64,000 nt of DNA, from positions 201,688,001 to 201,752,000 of the forward strand of contig NC_058368.1 in NCBI RefSeq assembly GCF_018350175.1, written 5' to 3'. Below are positions 24,986 to 38,732 of the stretch, piece after piece. The stretch comes from Felis catus. Lineage: Eukaryota. A program made the translations under genes and the position numbers. Each line of letters begins with the position of its first letter. Positions within the stretch are counted from its first letter, which is position 1. Under the pieces are notes generated by a model that worked only from the letters and a program-made list of their open reading frames with translations, made no database searches and was not told the DNA's origin.

Positions 24986-27554
24986 GAAAGTAAACATTTA
25001 CATTGGCTACAATGTTAGAACTATTACAAAGCTGGATAAAAGAGGCTTAAGTAGCAATAGAAAGCAAGTGCAATAAAAAGTGAATAGAGAAAATATTTGG
25101 CCTTAGTGATCTCTTGGCAGTATTTACATTATGTACATATTGTTAAATATTTATAATAACTCTAAGGCACCAAAGGCTAAATAGCAGGTTGCAATACTAT
25201 TTTGTGCACAGAAGTCAAGAAATTTATTGTAAAGAAGGCTGGATAGTTAAAGAAACATAGGCATATCTTAATGTTTACATAAAGGAGTGGCTGCATTTTT
25301 AAAAATCTCAAATGATACATTAAATATTGGGCAGATTGAAGAAAATATTTTTAGAACATTAAATTATGTTGACTATGTAAATAAGCACTATTTTTTTACT
25401 GACTTGCTGGTAAATGTGTAATGTAATCTATTCTTCAACACAGCTTTTTCACACTCATGGATATGTTTTGTCTAAAAACTACTTGAAATTCTTTCAACCT
25501 ACAAAAACTTATCCTAATATATCATAGTGTATACAAAATCTCCAGGAAAAATTGACTGGACAATAATATACATCAAATTTATATTTAATCTGACAAAAAT
25601 TTAGCAGGCATTCAATGCCAAAATAATTGAATATTCAGTCTGCCACTCTGGCAAAGCAGTTGAGTATGTTAATCCTTTAACTGTAAGTGGGCAATTGTTT
25701 GTGGCTTAGGTGAATGGACATAAAATTGGCCCATGGAGAAAACCAATCTTAAAGGGGACTACTTATATTCAGATTTTGCAACTTGAAACCCCTTCACATA
25801 ACTCACTGGGTGTTAGTCAGCTATGTCGTTCATCACCAGTGACTGAAATATCCGTATTACTGCACTGTCAAGAGGTAACTGACAATATCTATGTCCAGCA
25901 CAGTCTGGACTGTTGAATTACTTGATAACTTCCATTTGCAAAATTTTATGCGTTCCTTATACTGGAAACCCAGTTTACCTTAACAAACGGTCTGCCAATT
26001 GTCTTGAGGTAGTGTTAGAATGAAGAATTCAGCGGAACAATCGAATAACATCCTAGTATTTTTTAAATGTGCTTCAAGTGCTACTATGAAATCCACATAT
26101 TTAAGTGGTAGACAGTCCAAGGTTGAGTGGCCCTTCATGACATATTAAATCACTATCTGATGAAAGGCATCCAGACATTTACAAAGATGATGATTTTTCC
26201 TTAAAACTTTCTTCGACACCATGCCCTCTGGCAAGTTATGATACTATGGTATAAAGTAGTGCTAGAATTCTTTCAATGATATTAAAAATTTATACTGCAT
26301 ATTAAAAGTTTCCCTTCTTTTAGCAAAGTGGAGAATAACTGAGAGATTTCTTTTTTAAACTCTTAAATTTTTCAATGAAAAATATTCAGAACATTAGCAA
26401 TAGTTTTTGGGTTGGTTTCTTACACCACATTAATGATACTAAGTTTAAGGAGGTGGCACTCATTTAAATTTTAAATTTAAAAACCACCTTCAAATCCAAC
26501 ATTTGGCTGAGATTTGCTGAAGAGAAAAAAAAAATAAAAATCATTTCAACATAATGCAATCTAAGGCACCCAAGGTACCTTACCATAATGTATTCTATAG
26601 CACTAGGTTTTAAGTATATTATTACTTTTTTCTCTTCTCAAATGTTCACTCATTTTCTTTTTTTTTTCCAATACAGTGGACAATGAAAAGGACAAATCAC
26701 TCATAGTGAAATGTTTACAAAAATCAGTAATGTAGGAAAAAGCAGAACTAATAAATTAAGGTTCTTCTTTCCCTACTTCAAGAATGAAAATAAATGATTA
26801 CCTTTGCTCAGTGGGTTAATGCTAAGTAGTAATGACTACACAATTAATACAACTGTTACAAAGCATCAGTGAACAGACTTCAAATATTATATAAATACAA
26901 CACAATATCACATGTTTGGAATCATCAAATATGTCAATAGGTAATATCTTAATGGGGTGACTGAATCAAGGCATGATAATGTTTAAACTTCTAAATCTTA
27001 CAGACCTACTTGGAAGCATGATTCATTTATTGATGAATATTAATGAATATTATTAATTAATTAATACTGAAATTGGATTATTTAAAAATAAAGGTATCAG
27101 TATACTATAGTAACCCCAATATCAAAAACGTTCAATTAAAAGATTGGCTCTCATACTTCGAATATTTGCTTACAGAGATTCTGACAATTTTTCAAAACAA
27201 ACTTAAAATCTGTCATTTTGCACTGCAATAGCATTCAATTAGTTACTATTTGGAGACATCTTATTATCACAACAGATGTCCATTGTCTGTAATAGTTAGT
27301 GGGCATTAAAACTATCAACTGCTTCCCCTGCTCTAAGAGGTGAATCTACTTTTATTGTTTTCTTTTCATTTTTTTAAAAAATTTACATCCAAGTTCTATT
27401 CTTAAACTGGTGGTAGAGGTTTGCATTCTTCCAGTTTTTCCTCCCTAAAATACTCTCCCCTGAGTCCTCCAAGCCACCCATTCCAGTTCAGATTCTGATA
27501 CTACACTCCTTGTAGATCACTCAACTGTTAAGTAAAACCTTAATGGGTTAGGTC

Positions 27555-27764
27555 CGTGGTTCGAAAACTATGCTTGGTGGGGGGCGCTACAGGGCGTTTT
27601 TGGAGTTGCCCCAGTGCTGCCAGTGGCCACACAGGTGGGGTTCCGAGACCTCAACTTCCAAATCCTGCCATTACGTCTTCACAACTATATTATATACAGA
27701 ACGTGCCACAAAATTAATTTGAAAATAGTAATTTTGACGCTTAAAAATGTTTTTAAAACGCAGT
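27555..27764. mobile_element. Probable hAT MITE relic inside the PARP8 3' UTR
   Basis: Imperfect inverted termini ccgtggttcgaaaact ... tgtttttaaaacgcag; GC/CpG-richer than its flanks. Confidence 0.4.
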
Positions 27765-29525
27765 CAAAGGGATTTGGGAGACTTGGGGAGTCTTGGCAGA
27801 AAGAAGCAAGTCGTCCGCTTGTCCCATGGAAAGTCTTCAAATATCTGGTCACAGAGTACTAAGTGACATGCTAGATCTATGCCCTACTATGCCTCAGTCT
27901 GGCTTTGAGTTTGGAGGCCCAAGTCGGAATGGATCAATGTTTTAAGTGGATCCTATCACAATGATTAATATCTCAACCGCTTCAAGTCTATTTTTGCAGA
28001 AATAAGTGGCATTATCAATTATTTACAATATAAGGAAACAAACAATAGGTAAATACTTAAGTAGCAACCCTTAGCGATGCGTGTGACCTTTTTGCTCACC
28101 TTGTGTGCCAAAGGAAATAAACACAGAAGTTATAACATTATACTTGCAAATGACTATACATTTTTACTTTTTTTTTCTTTCTAAATAAATTAGAATCAGA
28201 TATGAGCCTTGATTCAGGGTCTGAATAGAGTGGCAGACTTGTTAATTAAACTGCTCTCATGAATGGCCTTATTCCAAAGCTATCACGTAGGAAATAAAAC
28301 ACTGTCAATTAAAACTTATAATGAGCAAGAATAACTTCAGGACCCAAAGAAATAGAAATGATTTTGATGAGCACATGACTCTTGAAAGGAAAATGCTGAG
28401 AGCTGGTGCTATTATTCTCTATAAATCTATTTGTGTTCTTTTAATATAAAAGAAACTTCAAAGTTTGTCTTCTTTCTCAATACGAAAAAACATAAGCAGA
28501 GGTATTAGATGAAAAAATATAAAAATGCTGGTGTGGTATAAATAAATTGTAAAAATGTTCCATTGTAGTAAATAAAAAATATATACTGTTTGTTTAAATT
28601 CTGAGGCCCTTCTTTTAAACATATAATCATTTGAATATAGATTTAGTCCACCTGGGGCACCTGCGTTCCCCAAATTATAATTGTTAGAGAACGTTATAAA
28701 AGAGTTGAATTTTAACTGAAGGAAAAATTATTTAAACAAATAGAAAAATTGTTTGTAAATATTTTCAGTGAATGAATGGTGATAAATTTGACTCGTATCT
28801 TGGTTTATGTCCAGATTTCCTGCTTACTGAATATTATTTTCTTTTCATTAAATGGGAATGGAATCATGGAGCCATGCCATCTCTGTTGTCAATACACATA
28901 TATGTGTATACACACACATATATGCACCATCACACACATTTTGATGCATGAATCTATAGATATGTACATTACATACTCATGGGCAAAGCACTGCATCTAA
29001 GACCTAATTGTTTTTGTTTAAGAAAAAAGTAACAGGAGAATAGGAAACATCCCCTCCCCAAACATTTGAATGTTCATACCACTAATTAAATAGCACATCG
29101 GAATGTGCAAACAGACTTATTGCAAAGTATTGTATAGATTTAGACGTCATTATAAAATGTTCTCAGTTCTATTTTGGTAACCTAAAATGTCGGTATATAA
29201 TACCAAATTTCCAATTAAAGAGTTTAATATAAAAATATCAGCACAAAACTGTTTTTTCAATCTGTTTATTGTGTGAGCAACCCAAACTTAAGTTTAAGTG
29301 CTGTTGTAATTTTATTACTAGATTCCATAACCCTACAATTGATAAATTGTATACCATTTTAGGTATGTTTAATGAGATACTTAGAAATACTAAGAAAAAA
29401 ATCAGTATTCAAAGGGTTACTTTTGTTTATAATAACAATAAATTATTTTATCATCTTCTTCAGTTCAAAATCCAGCTTTGAACCCGAGGAAGGCTTTCAA
29501 ATCACGTTAATTAAATGGTGGTCCT

Positions 29526-29628
29526 TTACCCAGTAGCGGTTTGATTACCAATTACTCGAAGGATCTCTTTGTGAATGCCTCCTTCTTGCGTGTTAATATT
29601 TGCATCTCCGACTTGGCCATCCTCATAG
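29526..29628 (-). CDS. PARP8: PARP8 last coding exon: (V)YEDGQVGDANINTQEGGIHKEILRVIGNQTATG*
   Basis: 103 nt; tttcag|C ... GGG TAA (stop at 29526-29528); follows an 11.2 kb final intron. Confidence 0.96.
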
Positions 29629-30727
29629 CTGAAATGCAAAAAAAAGAAACATAAGACATTTAAAAAGACGAAACATTCAAAAATCACTTAAGCCACCTTA
29701 GAAATGCTCTTTGGCACCCAAAGAACAGCTGAAGGGAATCAATAGCGAAGGAGTCATTTCTCTGCTGGATTTAATAATGTGTCTGCATTACTAAACACAT
29801 GATTATGCTCAATCGTGCCCCGATTTCCCCTTCCTTCCTTTCTTAATTTCAACTTTTTCACCCCCACATAAAGCACGGCTTGTGATGCCAGAAGCACCCA
29901 TGTCTCTGGCCTCGCAAGCATTTTCCCACAGTGGCTGCTATACGAAGCCTACCGTGGAGGAAACACCAGCTTCGGCTTTACGTTCTTTAGCTTCTAAACT
30001 TCCCAGCCCCACTCCAGTCTCAATCATTTATTTTCTCATCTGCGACACTCTTAGAAATGACTTCACTCTCTGCCGCTGCTCTTTTGCCATGCTTGCCCTC
30101 TCATCATCACTCTGTTGTGATCAGTGCTGCATTTTCTCTCTTATCTCTGGCTGCTCTACGTAGTCTGACTATACAAGACGTTCTTACTTAATGCTGGTAC
30201 TTCACATTAGAACGCAAGTGCGCCAAGTGTAGCTAAGCTGTAGAAGTGAAAATAGAACATTAAAGGACAGCAGTTGCAAAGTCCTTTAAAAAGAAATAAT
30301 TGCGTTTTAGATGATTCTTCATTTCCTCAAATAAACTTACTTGGGCAATAAGAATTTTCCAAGAATGAATTTTTAAACTTCCATGATAACGGTCAGAAGT
30401 AGAATAGGTGATGAATTAATTTTATTTCATAAAAATGACTTCAAGACAGAAGCTTTAGAGAAGTGGTAATTACTTCAAAATAGATAACCAGGGCTGTAAG
30501 CAGTCTCAAAGATTTATGCGCACCACTGTCTTTTCCTAACCACATAAAAATTCTCCTGAAATAGCACAATACAGGGAAATGAAATGGAGGGCATACAGCA
30601 ATGAGAACCCAGGTCCTTACATAACCCACTGCTTAAACACCTAGTGATAACTGTATTTATATCGAATGTAGACTCGTAAGAACTGACCCACGGTTGCCTA
30701 TCAACTTGTTCAATTCTTTCCATATAA

Positions 30728-30744
30728 GTATGCGCGTGCGTGCG

Positions 30745-30801
<57 letters not shown>
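30728..30801. repeat. Compound (GC/GT)n-(CA)21 alternating purine-pyrimidine tract
   Basis: tgcgcgtgcgtgcgcgcgcgcg followed by (CA)21. Confidence 0.95.
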
Positions 30802-31419
30802 TCATAGTGAAACATCACCATAAAGAAAAGAAAGGGTATGTGGTATATAGCCCAGTTATAATTATTTCGTCAGGAGATCAAACTGTAAGTGTTCTGTTAA
30901 TTAAGTGGAAAATGCTCAAGTGAAATGCTTTAAGTACTGTCCAAATCAAATTTGGTGCGTTGTGGCAAACTATGTAAAAGATATATTTTACAGGGCAAGT
31001 AAAATACATTTTACTGGCTTTTACACAAATCCCGGCTACCCACAGGACTAAGGGTAAATTAAGCCATCCGTAATACTGAGCCAAGGCTGGAGAGGCAAAC
31101 TGGCTGGCAGGCTCGTTCAATAGTGTTTACCAAGTCAATCCAGCTAGTTCCTCCAGGATCCGGATTTTGGAAAGCAAAGACACTGCCAAAAGGACAGTGG
31201 GAAGACACAAAGAAAACCATGGTACCAGTTACACATACAGTCCACATGTAGCTCTTCTCATTTTCCCAATATGCATTTATGTTTATTCTGGCTCTATGGC
31301 ACCTGTAGTAGGGTCTAGACACGTACTGTGTCCTCTGTACACAGGACACAAAGTTGAATAGGGTATTCTTGGCTTAACTGAGACCCAGTCTACCTACTAC
31401 AATCTCTATTCCTTTCAAC

Positions 31420-32850
31420 TTAATGCTGACCTTTGAGATTTGTCTGTAATACCTTCTAACTTCTCACGTCTTCAAGCCACTGCAGTCATTCTTCTGATCC
31501 TACCACTCTACTGAGTGTACTGACAATGGTTGCCCACGGCCTCCTAGGTGAGGAGTTCACAAGACTTTACCTGCTATGTGTGCAGTATGTGATGCAGTGG
31601 ACTGCTCTTTTTCCTAAAGTGATACTATCTCTTCACTTCCTCGTTGGCCCTGTGACTATTATTATTTAAAAAAAATTTTTTTCAATGTTTATTTTTTGAG
31701 AGAGACAGAGACAGAATGCCAGTGGGTTAGGGGCAGAGAGAGAGGGAGACACAGAATCCGAAGCAGGCTCCAGGCTCTGAGCCATCAGCACAGAGCCCGA
31801 CGCGGGGCTCAAACCCATGAGCTGTGAGATCATGACCTGAGCCGAAGTCGGACGCTCAACCGACTGAGCCACCCAGGCGCCCCAGCCCTGTGATTATTAA
31901 TTCTCAATTTCCTTCACCACATCCTCTTCCGTGGCCTCCCATTTCAATGCTGATTTTATCCACAATTCACTCTCAGTGTTTTCTCTTCTCATGATCTGCA
32001 AAATCTCAATTATTTCAATCCCTCCCACTGCTTTAATTGTCACCCACATGCTGATTCCTAAACTATATCTCTAATCCTTACATCTTTCCCTAACTGTAAT
32101 TTTCCCACAGAAATCACAAATCGAGTGTATTCAAAACTGAACTTAACTTTTTTACCCTGAAACTGCTTTTTTTTTACCCTAACAAAATCTCAATTTGGAG
32201 TACCATTGTCTACCCACTCTCCCAACAAGGTAACTTCAGTCCTTCTTGGTTCTTCCATGTGCCTGATTCCAGTAAGTTACCAAGTTATCTTGCTTCTGTT
32301 TTCTTAATTATTCCCAGTTGCATCTTCTCTCCATTTGATGCCATTACCTTCATTTAGGCCTTCATTATCATTCATCTAAATAAGGGATTTTCAAGTTTCA
32401 GGTTATGTACAATTAGCGGGTTCCAAAATTAACTTAGATTGTTCAGGCTAGCATTTTTCAATGAGATTATGATAGAATAAGATACAGAACACTGAATGCA
32501 CCACACAAAGGACACATTGTTTTTTCCCAAGTCACGATGTCAAACACATTTTCTTCTGTAGTGAGAAACACTGACCTAGATGATTGTAATAACATTATAG
32601 CTGATCTCTCTGTCTCCACACTTACCCCATCATCTCTCCCCTAAGACTATTTTCTGCTCTGCTACAGTGATACAAATGGCCTCCACTTTACTTGCAGGAC
32701 AAAATCCAATGAGACTGGCATGGCACACCAGGTCCTGCGGGACTCAAACCAAAACTTTGTCTCCAGTCATGTCCCACTCCCCCGACACCCTATGTCCAAA
32801 TGGAAGGGTCTGCTACCCCCAATACTATGTGTTCATCAACACTTTAAAAG
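31420..32850 (+). mobile_element. L2 fragments (split by a CanSINE and a hAT-like MITE at ~32383-32575)
   Basis: Pyrimidine-rich L2-like text (cacatgctgattcctaaactatatctctaatcc, gtgtattcaaaactgaactt); MITE ends ...gagaaacactg. Confidence 0.55.
31664..31883 (-). mobile_element. CanSINE (SINEC_Fc type), sense to PARP8
   Basis: CpG-rich copy; TSD gccctgtga(c/t)tatta. Confidence 0.95.
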
Positions 32851-33958
32851 CATATGTAGTTAGTGGAAAGGAGACGAGACTCACATTCTTTAAATAAATG
32901 CTAATAATTTAAGACACAAAGAGCACAGGGTGAGGGGAGAGCAAGAGTGAGGGACTGAGATTGAAAGTATTAAGAAAAATGCATGTTTTCCCACTGTCTG
33001 TGAATCCCACAAGAAAGCATAACAGCTGTGGGTTGGAAGGATAAAACTGACCCAAGCATCCAGGTGTCTTAAACTATGAAGCATATATAATAATAAAGGA
33101 AAGACAAACTACCATTTGATTGGGTCAACTGGCAGAATTCATATCTATGTAATACTAGTAGCATTTGGGCACTTATTAAATATGGCATACAGAATACTTT
33201 GCAACTATTTATTAGTATTACAAACACTCAGTTGCTAACAGTGAAGTTCATTTATGCCCAGAAAGCAACAAATTAAAAAAAAAAAAAAAAAAGAAATGGA
33301 GCAAGAATAATATCATAGGGAAATGATATACTTGACTAGGGTTTTCTGAAGAAAGAAAAATGAAACCATCTAAAAGAAGTCTAAAATTACTTATGTTCCC
33401 AGGTATAAGAAGATTGCTAAAATTTTAATAAAAAATAAACCAATCTGCCTAAAAAGCTATGAGAAGGAAAATAAGACAACAGATGGAATTTAGCTGTCTG
33501 GAACTCTCTGGGCATGTTACAAAATTTCGTGGATAAAAACTTTTGAATGTATTGACATGTTCTATTCTCAAACTGATGTAGCAGCTTTGTGACAGCTTTA
33601 AAGAATGGCACACGTAAATTTGTTTTCGGGCTCCCTGAATCTGGAATACAGAAATGATAGCACGATTTTTCATTAGCAATAAAAAGAAGAAATTCACTGT
33701 GAACCGAATGATATCCGGCACTTCCCCAAAGTTCCTGAAGATATCTGATGCTGTAACAGCATTGTCTATGTCACAACTCATGTACAATTTCTTCATTACG
33801 TTGGAACATGCAGTCTTTTGTCATTGCTTTCATTTGCTATGTGTTGTTTCTTGTGAACAGAATCTGCACTTTATGAGGGGAGATAATAAAGTTATGCAAA
33901 TAACTGTAAGGCAGGCATCAAGGACAAGCAGATTTTATGACGAACAAGAACGAGTAAA

Positions 33959-34167
33959 GGGGCACTTGGGTGGCTCAGTCGGTTAAGCATTCGACTTCAG
34001 CTCAGGTCATGACCTGGCGGTCTGTGGGTTCAAGCTCTGCGTCAGGCTCTGGCTGACAGCTCAGAGCCTGGAGCCTACTTCTGATTCTGTGTCTCCCTCT
34101 GTCTCTGCCCCTCCCTTGCTCACACTCTGTCTCTCTCTCAAAAATAAATAAATATTAAAAAAAAAAA
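33959..34167 (+). mobile_element. CanSINE
   Basis: Head GGGGCACTTGGGTGGCTCAGTCGG; TSD aagaacgagtaaa / aagagtgagtaaa. Confidence 0.95.
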
Positions 34168-35049
34168 AGAGTGAGTAAAACTTAAAGACAGAAATCATGT
34201 CTGACTGGGATGTCAAGAAGACCCCTTGGAAAAGACCATGTAGTTAGGCTTGGAAGATTAGAGAAGGCTAAGCTGGGGAGAAGGCCCATCATTTGGACTG
34301 ACGGAACAAAGGCACAGTAGTGGGAAAAATAATTCCAAGCTGCTCTCAAGAAACACCTTGGATAATAATTTTATTCAATCAGTGTTTTGTATGGATAATT
34401 GAGGGAAAGTAAAATGGTCTCTATGTTGCAGAATACCATGTTTTTGTTTGTTAAAAACTACCAGTCTGTATGAACAAGGTATAATCAAAACTCTGCTTTA
34501 GGAATATTAATGTGATATAAATAGCATGACCTTAAAATTTTATATGCATAGAAATGGAGACTATACACCAAAAGATTAGCTGTATTTAACTCCAAGTGGG
34601 GATATTACAGGTGATTTTCTTCTTTTTGCTTGCCTTTGATTTCAGTTTCTATACAATGAAGAGGTATCACTAGTCTAATCATCTTAATGTTTAATAAATC
34701 TGGCATTGTACAAGATAGATTAGGGGTAATGAGAAGCATGGAGAATAACTAGTAATCTTTTGGTGGACTCTGGGGCAGAGAATGATATATCCATGGAAAC
34801 AAAGGTATTGAAAGGAGAAAACGGTAAAGGTATACTGGGAGCTGATGACTATAGCGCACAAGGAGAAAGAAATTAAGAACAAGAGCTCGGATTTCAAGTC
34901 TCTTTGATGTAAAATGACTGCAGAGATTGAGAAAGCCGAGAACTTGATTAGGGGATTTAGCAATAATGGGGTCCACTTTGTACACACTGATTTTAAGGTA
35001 TGAGCAGACTTTTCGAGGGGAAATACCTAGCGAGCAGTTAAATGTGGGC

Positions 35050-35680
35050 ATTTCATTCATTCCTTCTTTTCTGCTAAGCACTGTGCTGGGCACACAAAGA
35101 CAAATGAGCCATATAGTCCACAACCTCAAGAAGTATACAGAATAATGAAGAAGACCATGCATAAGGAAGAATAACCCAATGACAAAAACATGCCCACGGC
35201 ATCACACAGTAACACTAAGGGGCGGTACAAAGGAGTCTAGGAAAGTTCTAGGAAGAACGGAAGGCATATGCTGAAATTTAAAGCATGAGTAGGAATTAGA
35301 TAAATTACTTTGAGGGTAGAGAGGAAGAGAGAATCCAAGCTCAATGGAGAAAGGTGTGTGGGAATTGTAGTGCACAGTTCAGGTTGTGACGCAGAACATC
35401 TGGAGGGGAGAAATTGTGGGCAATGAGATGTGGGGGGCATGAGGCTGGGGACTGGATCTCCTTGACTTTCTAAGGCGGTGGCGCTGAAGGAGGAACAAAG
35501 GGCTGGGGAGTTGTGTGGTTCCCTTTGTAAAAGGACACGGGATTTCGTCTTATAAGAAGCAAGCAGCTCCGAAAGAATCTTAAGCAGGAGAGTGATGTGG
35601 CAGTTTAAATCTTGGAAAGGGATCTGGGTTGCAGACAGAGAAATTGGATTTATTATAGGCTGGGGATAAAGCAAAGTTCC
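35050..35680 (-). mobile_element. L2 fragment
   Basis: Reverse L2 3' end (ttcattcattcc...aagcactgtgctgggcac) and purine-rich body. Confidence 0.6.
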
Positions 35681-36106
35681 CGATCTTATCGGCTTGATGT
35701 CGCACAGCTTATGTCACACGGTGTCACTGAGCCATGACCAAATGGTTTGTCTTCCAACTTTATAAATAAGTTGTCTGTCTACTCACTATGTTCCCATTCA
35801 AACACTGTTTGTGGGTTTTGTTTGTTTTGTTTTGTTTTGTTTGCAAAATCATGATGCACGTTCTCTTTCTTTTCATTTAATGGCCATTATACAGTTCTTA
35901 TTTTACAAATTTTTCTTGTATCTTCTTCTTTAGATATATTTCAAACTTTGACCAAAAGTAAAAACCATACATTAGTAATCCAAAATATTGTCCTTTTCAG
36001 CTTTGTTTTTGTTCATTCATTAAAAATGTACTGACAGGCGTCTCCGCATTGGGTACCCTGGGAAGTGCTTCAGGGCATGTAGGAGAGTAAAACAAAAGCG
36101 AGAGTA

Positions 36107-36338
36107 GGGGTGCCTGGGGGGCTCAGTCAGTTAAGCTTTCGAGTCTCGATTTTGACTAAGGTCATGATCTCTCACGGTTTGAGCTGCGTGTGGAAGCCTG
36201 CTTGGGAATCTCAACCTCTCCCTCTCTCTCTCTGCCCCTCCTCTTGTGCATGCAGGCATCTCTCGCTCTCCCCCTCTCTCTCTCCCTCTCTCTCTCTCTC
36301 TCAAAACAAAGTATAAAAAAAAATCGTAAAGAAAAAAG
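36107..36338 (+). mobile_element. CanSINE
   Basis: Head, CT tract; TSD aaaagcgagagta / aaaagcaagagca. Confidence 0.92.
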
Positions 36339-38012
36339 AAAAGCAAGAGCAGGGGTCTGCCCTTTGGCAGCTGATAGCCTCATGGAAAAGTCAGATACAA
36401 TGAAAAAACTGAATTTTAAATGGAAGTTCTGCAATGTGGGGTGAAAGAATACCAGGAAGGAAGATTAATTTTGACTGGGAGCTGCATGGAAGAGGTGATA
36501 TTTGTGCTAGACCTTAGAAGATAGATTTTGGATAAGAATTCCTGAAACGTATTTAGCCCTGAGATCTGCTTGACTCAGAAACCTGAAAATACTCAATCTC
36601 TTCTCTGCAGACTTACCTGATTTGGTCCTTCCCGTTCTTAAGTTTCTGAACTTATTGGTATGTCTTGAAAAATAAGAGGGAGTGTATGTACCTTAACTTT
36701 ATCTAATAGACAACATATGGAAACAATTCATTTGAAGATCTACCTGCTCTAAATCAAAGAAACACTAAAGCATGAAACAGGTTGTAACATCAAATAAGCA
36801 GGATATACAAACCTAGCAGTTCTTAACCTTTCCTGGGTCCCAGAGAGCTGAGGGAGAAGACATATACTCTTACCTCTAACAGCTGTCACTATGGCAGGAT
36901 GGGGTGGGGGTGAGGGTTAGCCGGGGGGGGGGGGGTGCCCATGGCACTGGACACACCTGTTTACTTGCCAAATTATCACTTACCTTCTCCTCAATTTTAT
37001 TATTTAATAATCCTAGTAATGGGAAATACCAATAGTAAATCTTCCTTCTCTTGCTCTTAAATTCCCCATTCACTGTGAAGCAGGCATGTTTGTTGCATAT
37101 AACTAGAGTACAATACATCCATTTGGTTTTTGCATCTTCTGCTTTGGCAAGCCCAGCTTCTAGCCCCTTTTAAAAACTGCTGCCATATTTCTAAATATTG
37201 GCCTTAATGCCTTTGTGTAACGTGTCTCAAGCCCAATCAGAAATCAAACTTTATCAGGAATCCTTAGACACTTAAAATTGGTTACAATCTGTTCAAAACA
37301 TCTAATTATTACTTTTTGCCTAAAGCATTAAAATTTGATTAAGTTCATTCACTTTGAAATTATCCAACAAAATTTTTTTGAACTTATTTTTTTTTTCTAA
37401 GTGATGTCTTCTTTTAAATTTTACTTTCAAATTTTTTTTTGATGTAGCAGTCTGTTCCCTAAAATATCCCCACAATTCTTCCTTCATTCGGTGTTGTTGT
37501 TTACTTGTTGGAAAGAGTATGAATAGGATATTAAATTAGTGTTTTATTATCTCCATTCTAGAAATCAGATTAGCATCGAAATTACTGAAATATTTTAGTA
37601 GTTTCACTTAATAATAGATAAAAAAGAAGGAACATTAATTTATATCCTACTATCAGGTCAGACTTCTAAATAAGGAATCAGATAATGGTAATAAAAAAAC
37701 CAGAATAAAATAATAAGAAAATAAGATTTTGTCTGATAACAGTATATTTGTGATAACTCACTTCTTTCTCCTCAATTTATCTTTTCCTAGATGTTACCAC
37801 TCACTGGGGAGGCACATCACTCACAGAACTCTGTGATTATATCCTTTATAAAGAAGCTGATGGTCGTAATTAGAATGTACATTAATTAGTGAATGGATTC
37901 TCCTTTTGATGTGTTTGAATCTTATCAATTTTCCTTAATTAGTCCCTTCTTTCCTGAGGGTGCAGAGAAAAAGGATGAAATCACATTTGCATTTATAAAG
38001 ACATGAAAATAG

Positions 38013-38178
38013 GGGGCACCTGGGTGGCTCAGTGGGTTGTGTCTGACTTCAGCTCAGGTCATGATCTCACACTCTATGAGTTCGAGCCCCACGTCGGGCT
38101 CTGTGCTGACAGCTCAAGAGCCTGGAGCCTGCTTGAGATTCTGTGTCTCCCTCTCTCTCTGCTCCTCCTTCACTCATG

Positions 38179-38222
<44 letters not shown>

Positions 38223-38261
38223 GTCTCTGTCTCTCAAAAAATGAATAAACATTAAAAAAAA
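38013..38261 (+). mobile_element. CanSINE with long (CT)n
   Basis: Head GGGGCACCTGGGTGGCTCAG; degenerate TSD ttataaaga..t.aaaat. Confidence 0.94.
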
Positions 38262-38732
38262 TTATAAAGAAATTAAAATCATTATCTTAAGAGAATTTTT
38301 TTCTTTATACTATTTGTAAAGTATCTAAATATACCAGAAGAATTTTGTTCTCTTTTCTTCAGATGGTCTTTCCTCAAATTTTTCTTCTAAAAAATACAGA
38401 TATCCTTCTCTCCAGACACACACATAATACACACCCAACACATATATCCCTACAGATTTATTTTACATATAATTTATGTAAAATTTCAAAGAAATAATGC
38501 TAGAATGCATACTTAACTATCTAAAGTTGTTTATTTGGCTCAATACATTTGACTTTTAGCAAGTTACTAAAAGGGATAAATTAACTAACATCAGGCTAAG
38601 GAGAGGACTTTGGAGTTACTTTCTAAATCCTAAGGCCACTCAATAAAATAACTTCGGGACTGGATGTGTCTTTGGGAAAGCCAATCTTCTAACAGAAGAT
38701 AACAGTCATGATGGTAAAGAAAGAAGAGGGGA

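Larger units (their letters stand above)
24962..29525 (-). other. PARP8: Probable long PARP8 3' UTR
   Basis: AT-rich, SINE-free stretch after the stop. Minus-strand AATAAA at 29265-29270, 27351-27356, 27026-27031, 25223-25228 and 24980-24985. The distal end is inferred. Confidence 0.6.

Noticed and set aside
27051..27066. 16-bp perfect palindrome TATTAATTAATTAATA
   Set aside because: Low-complexity AT sequence, expected by chance
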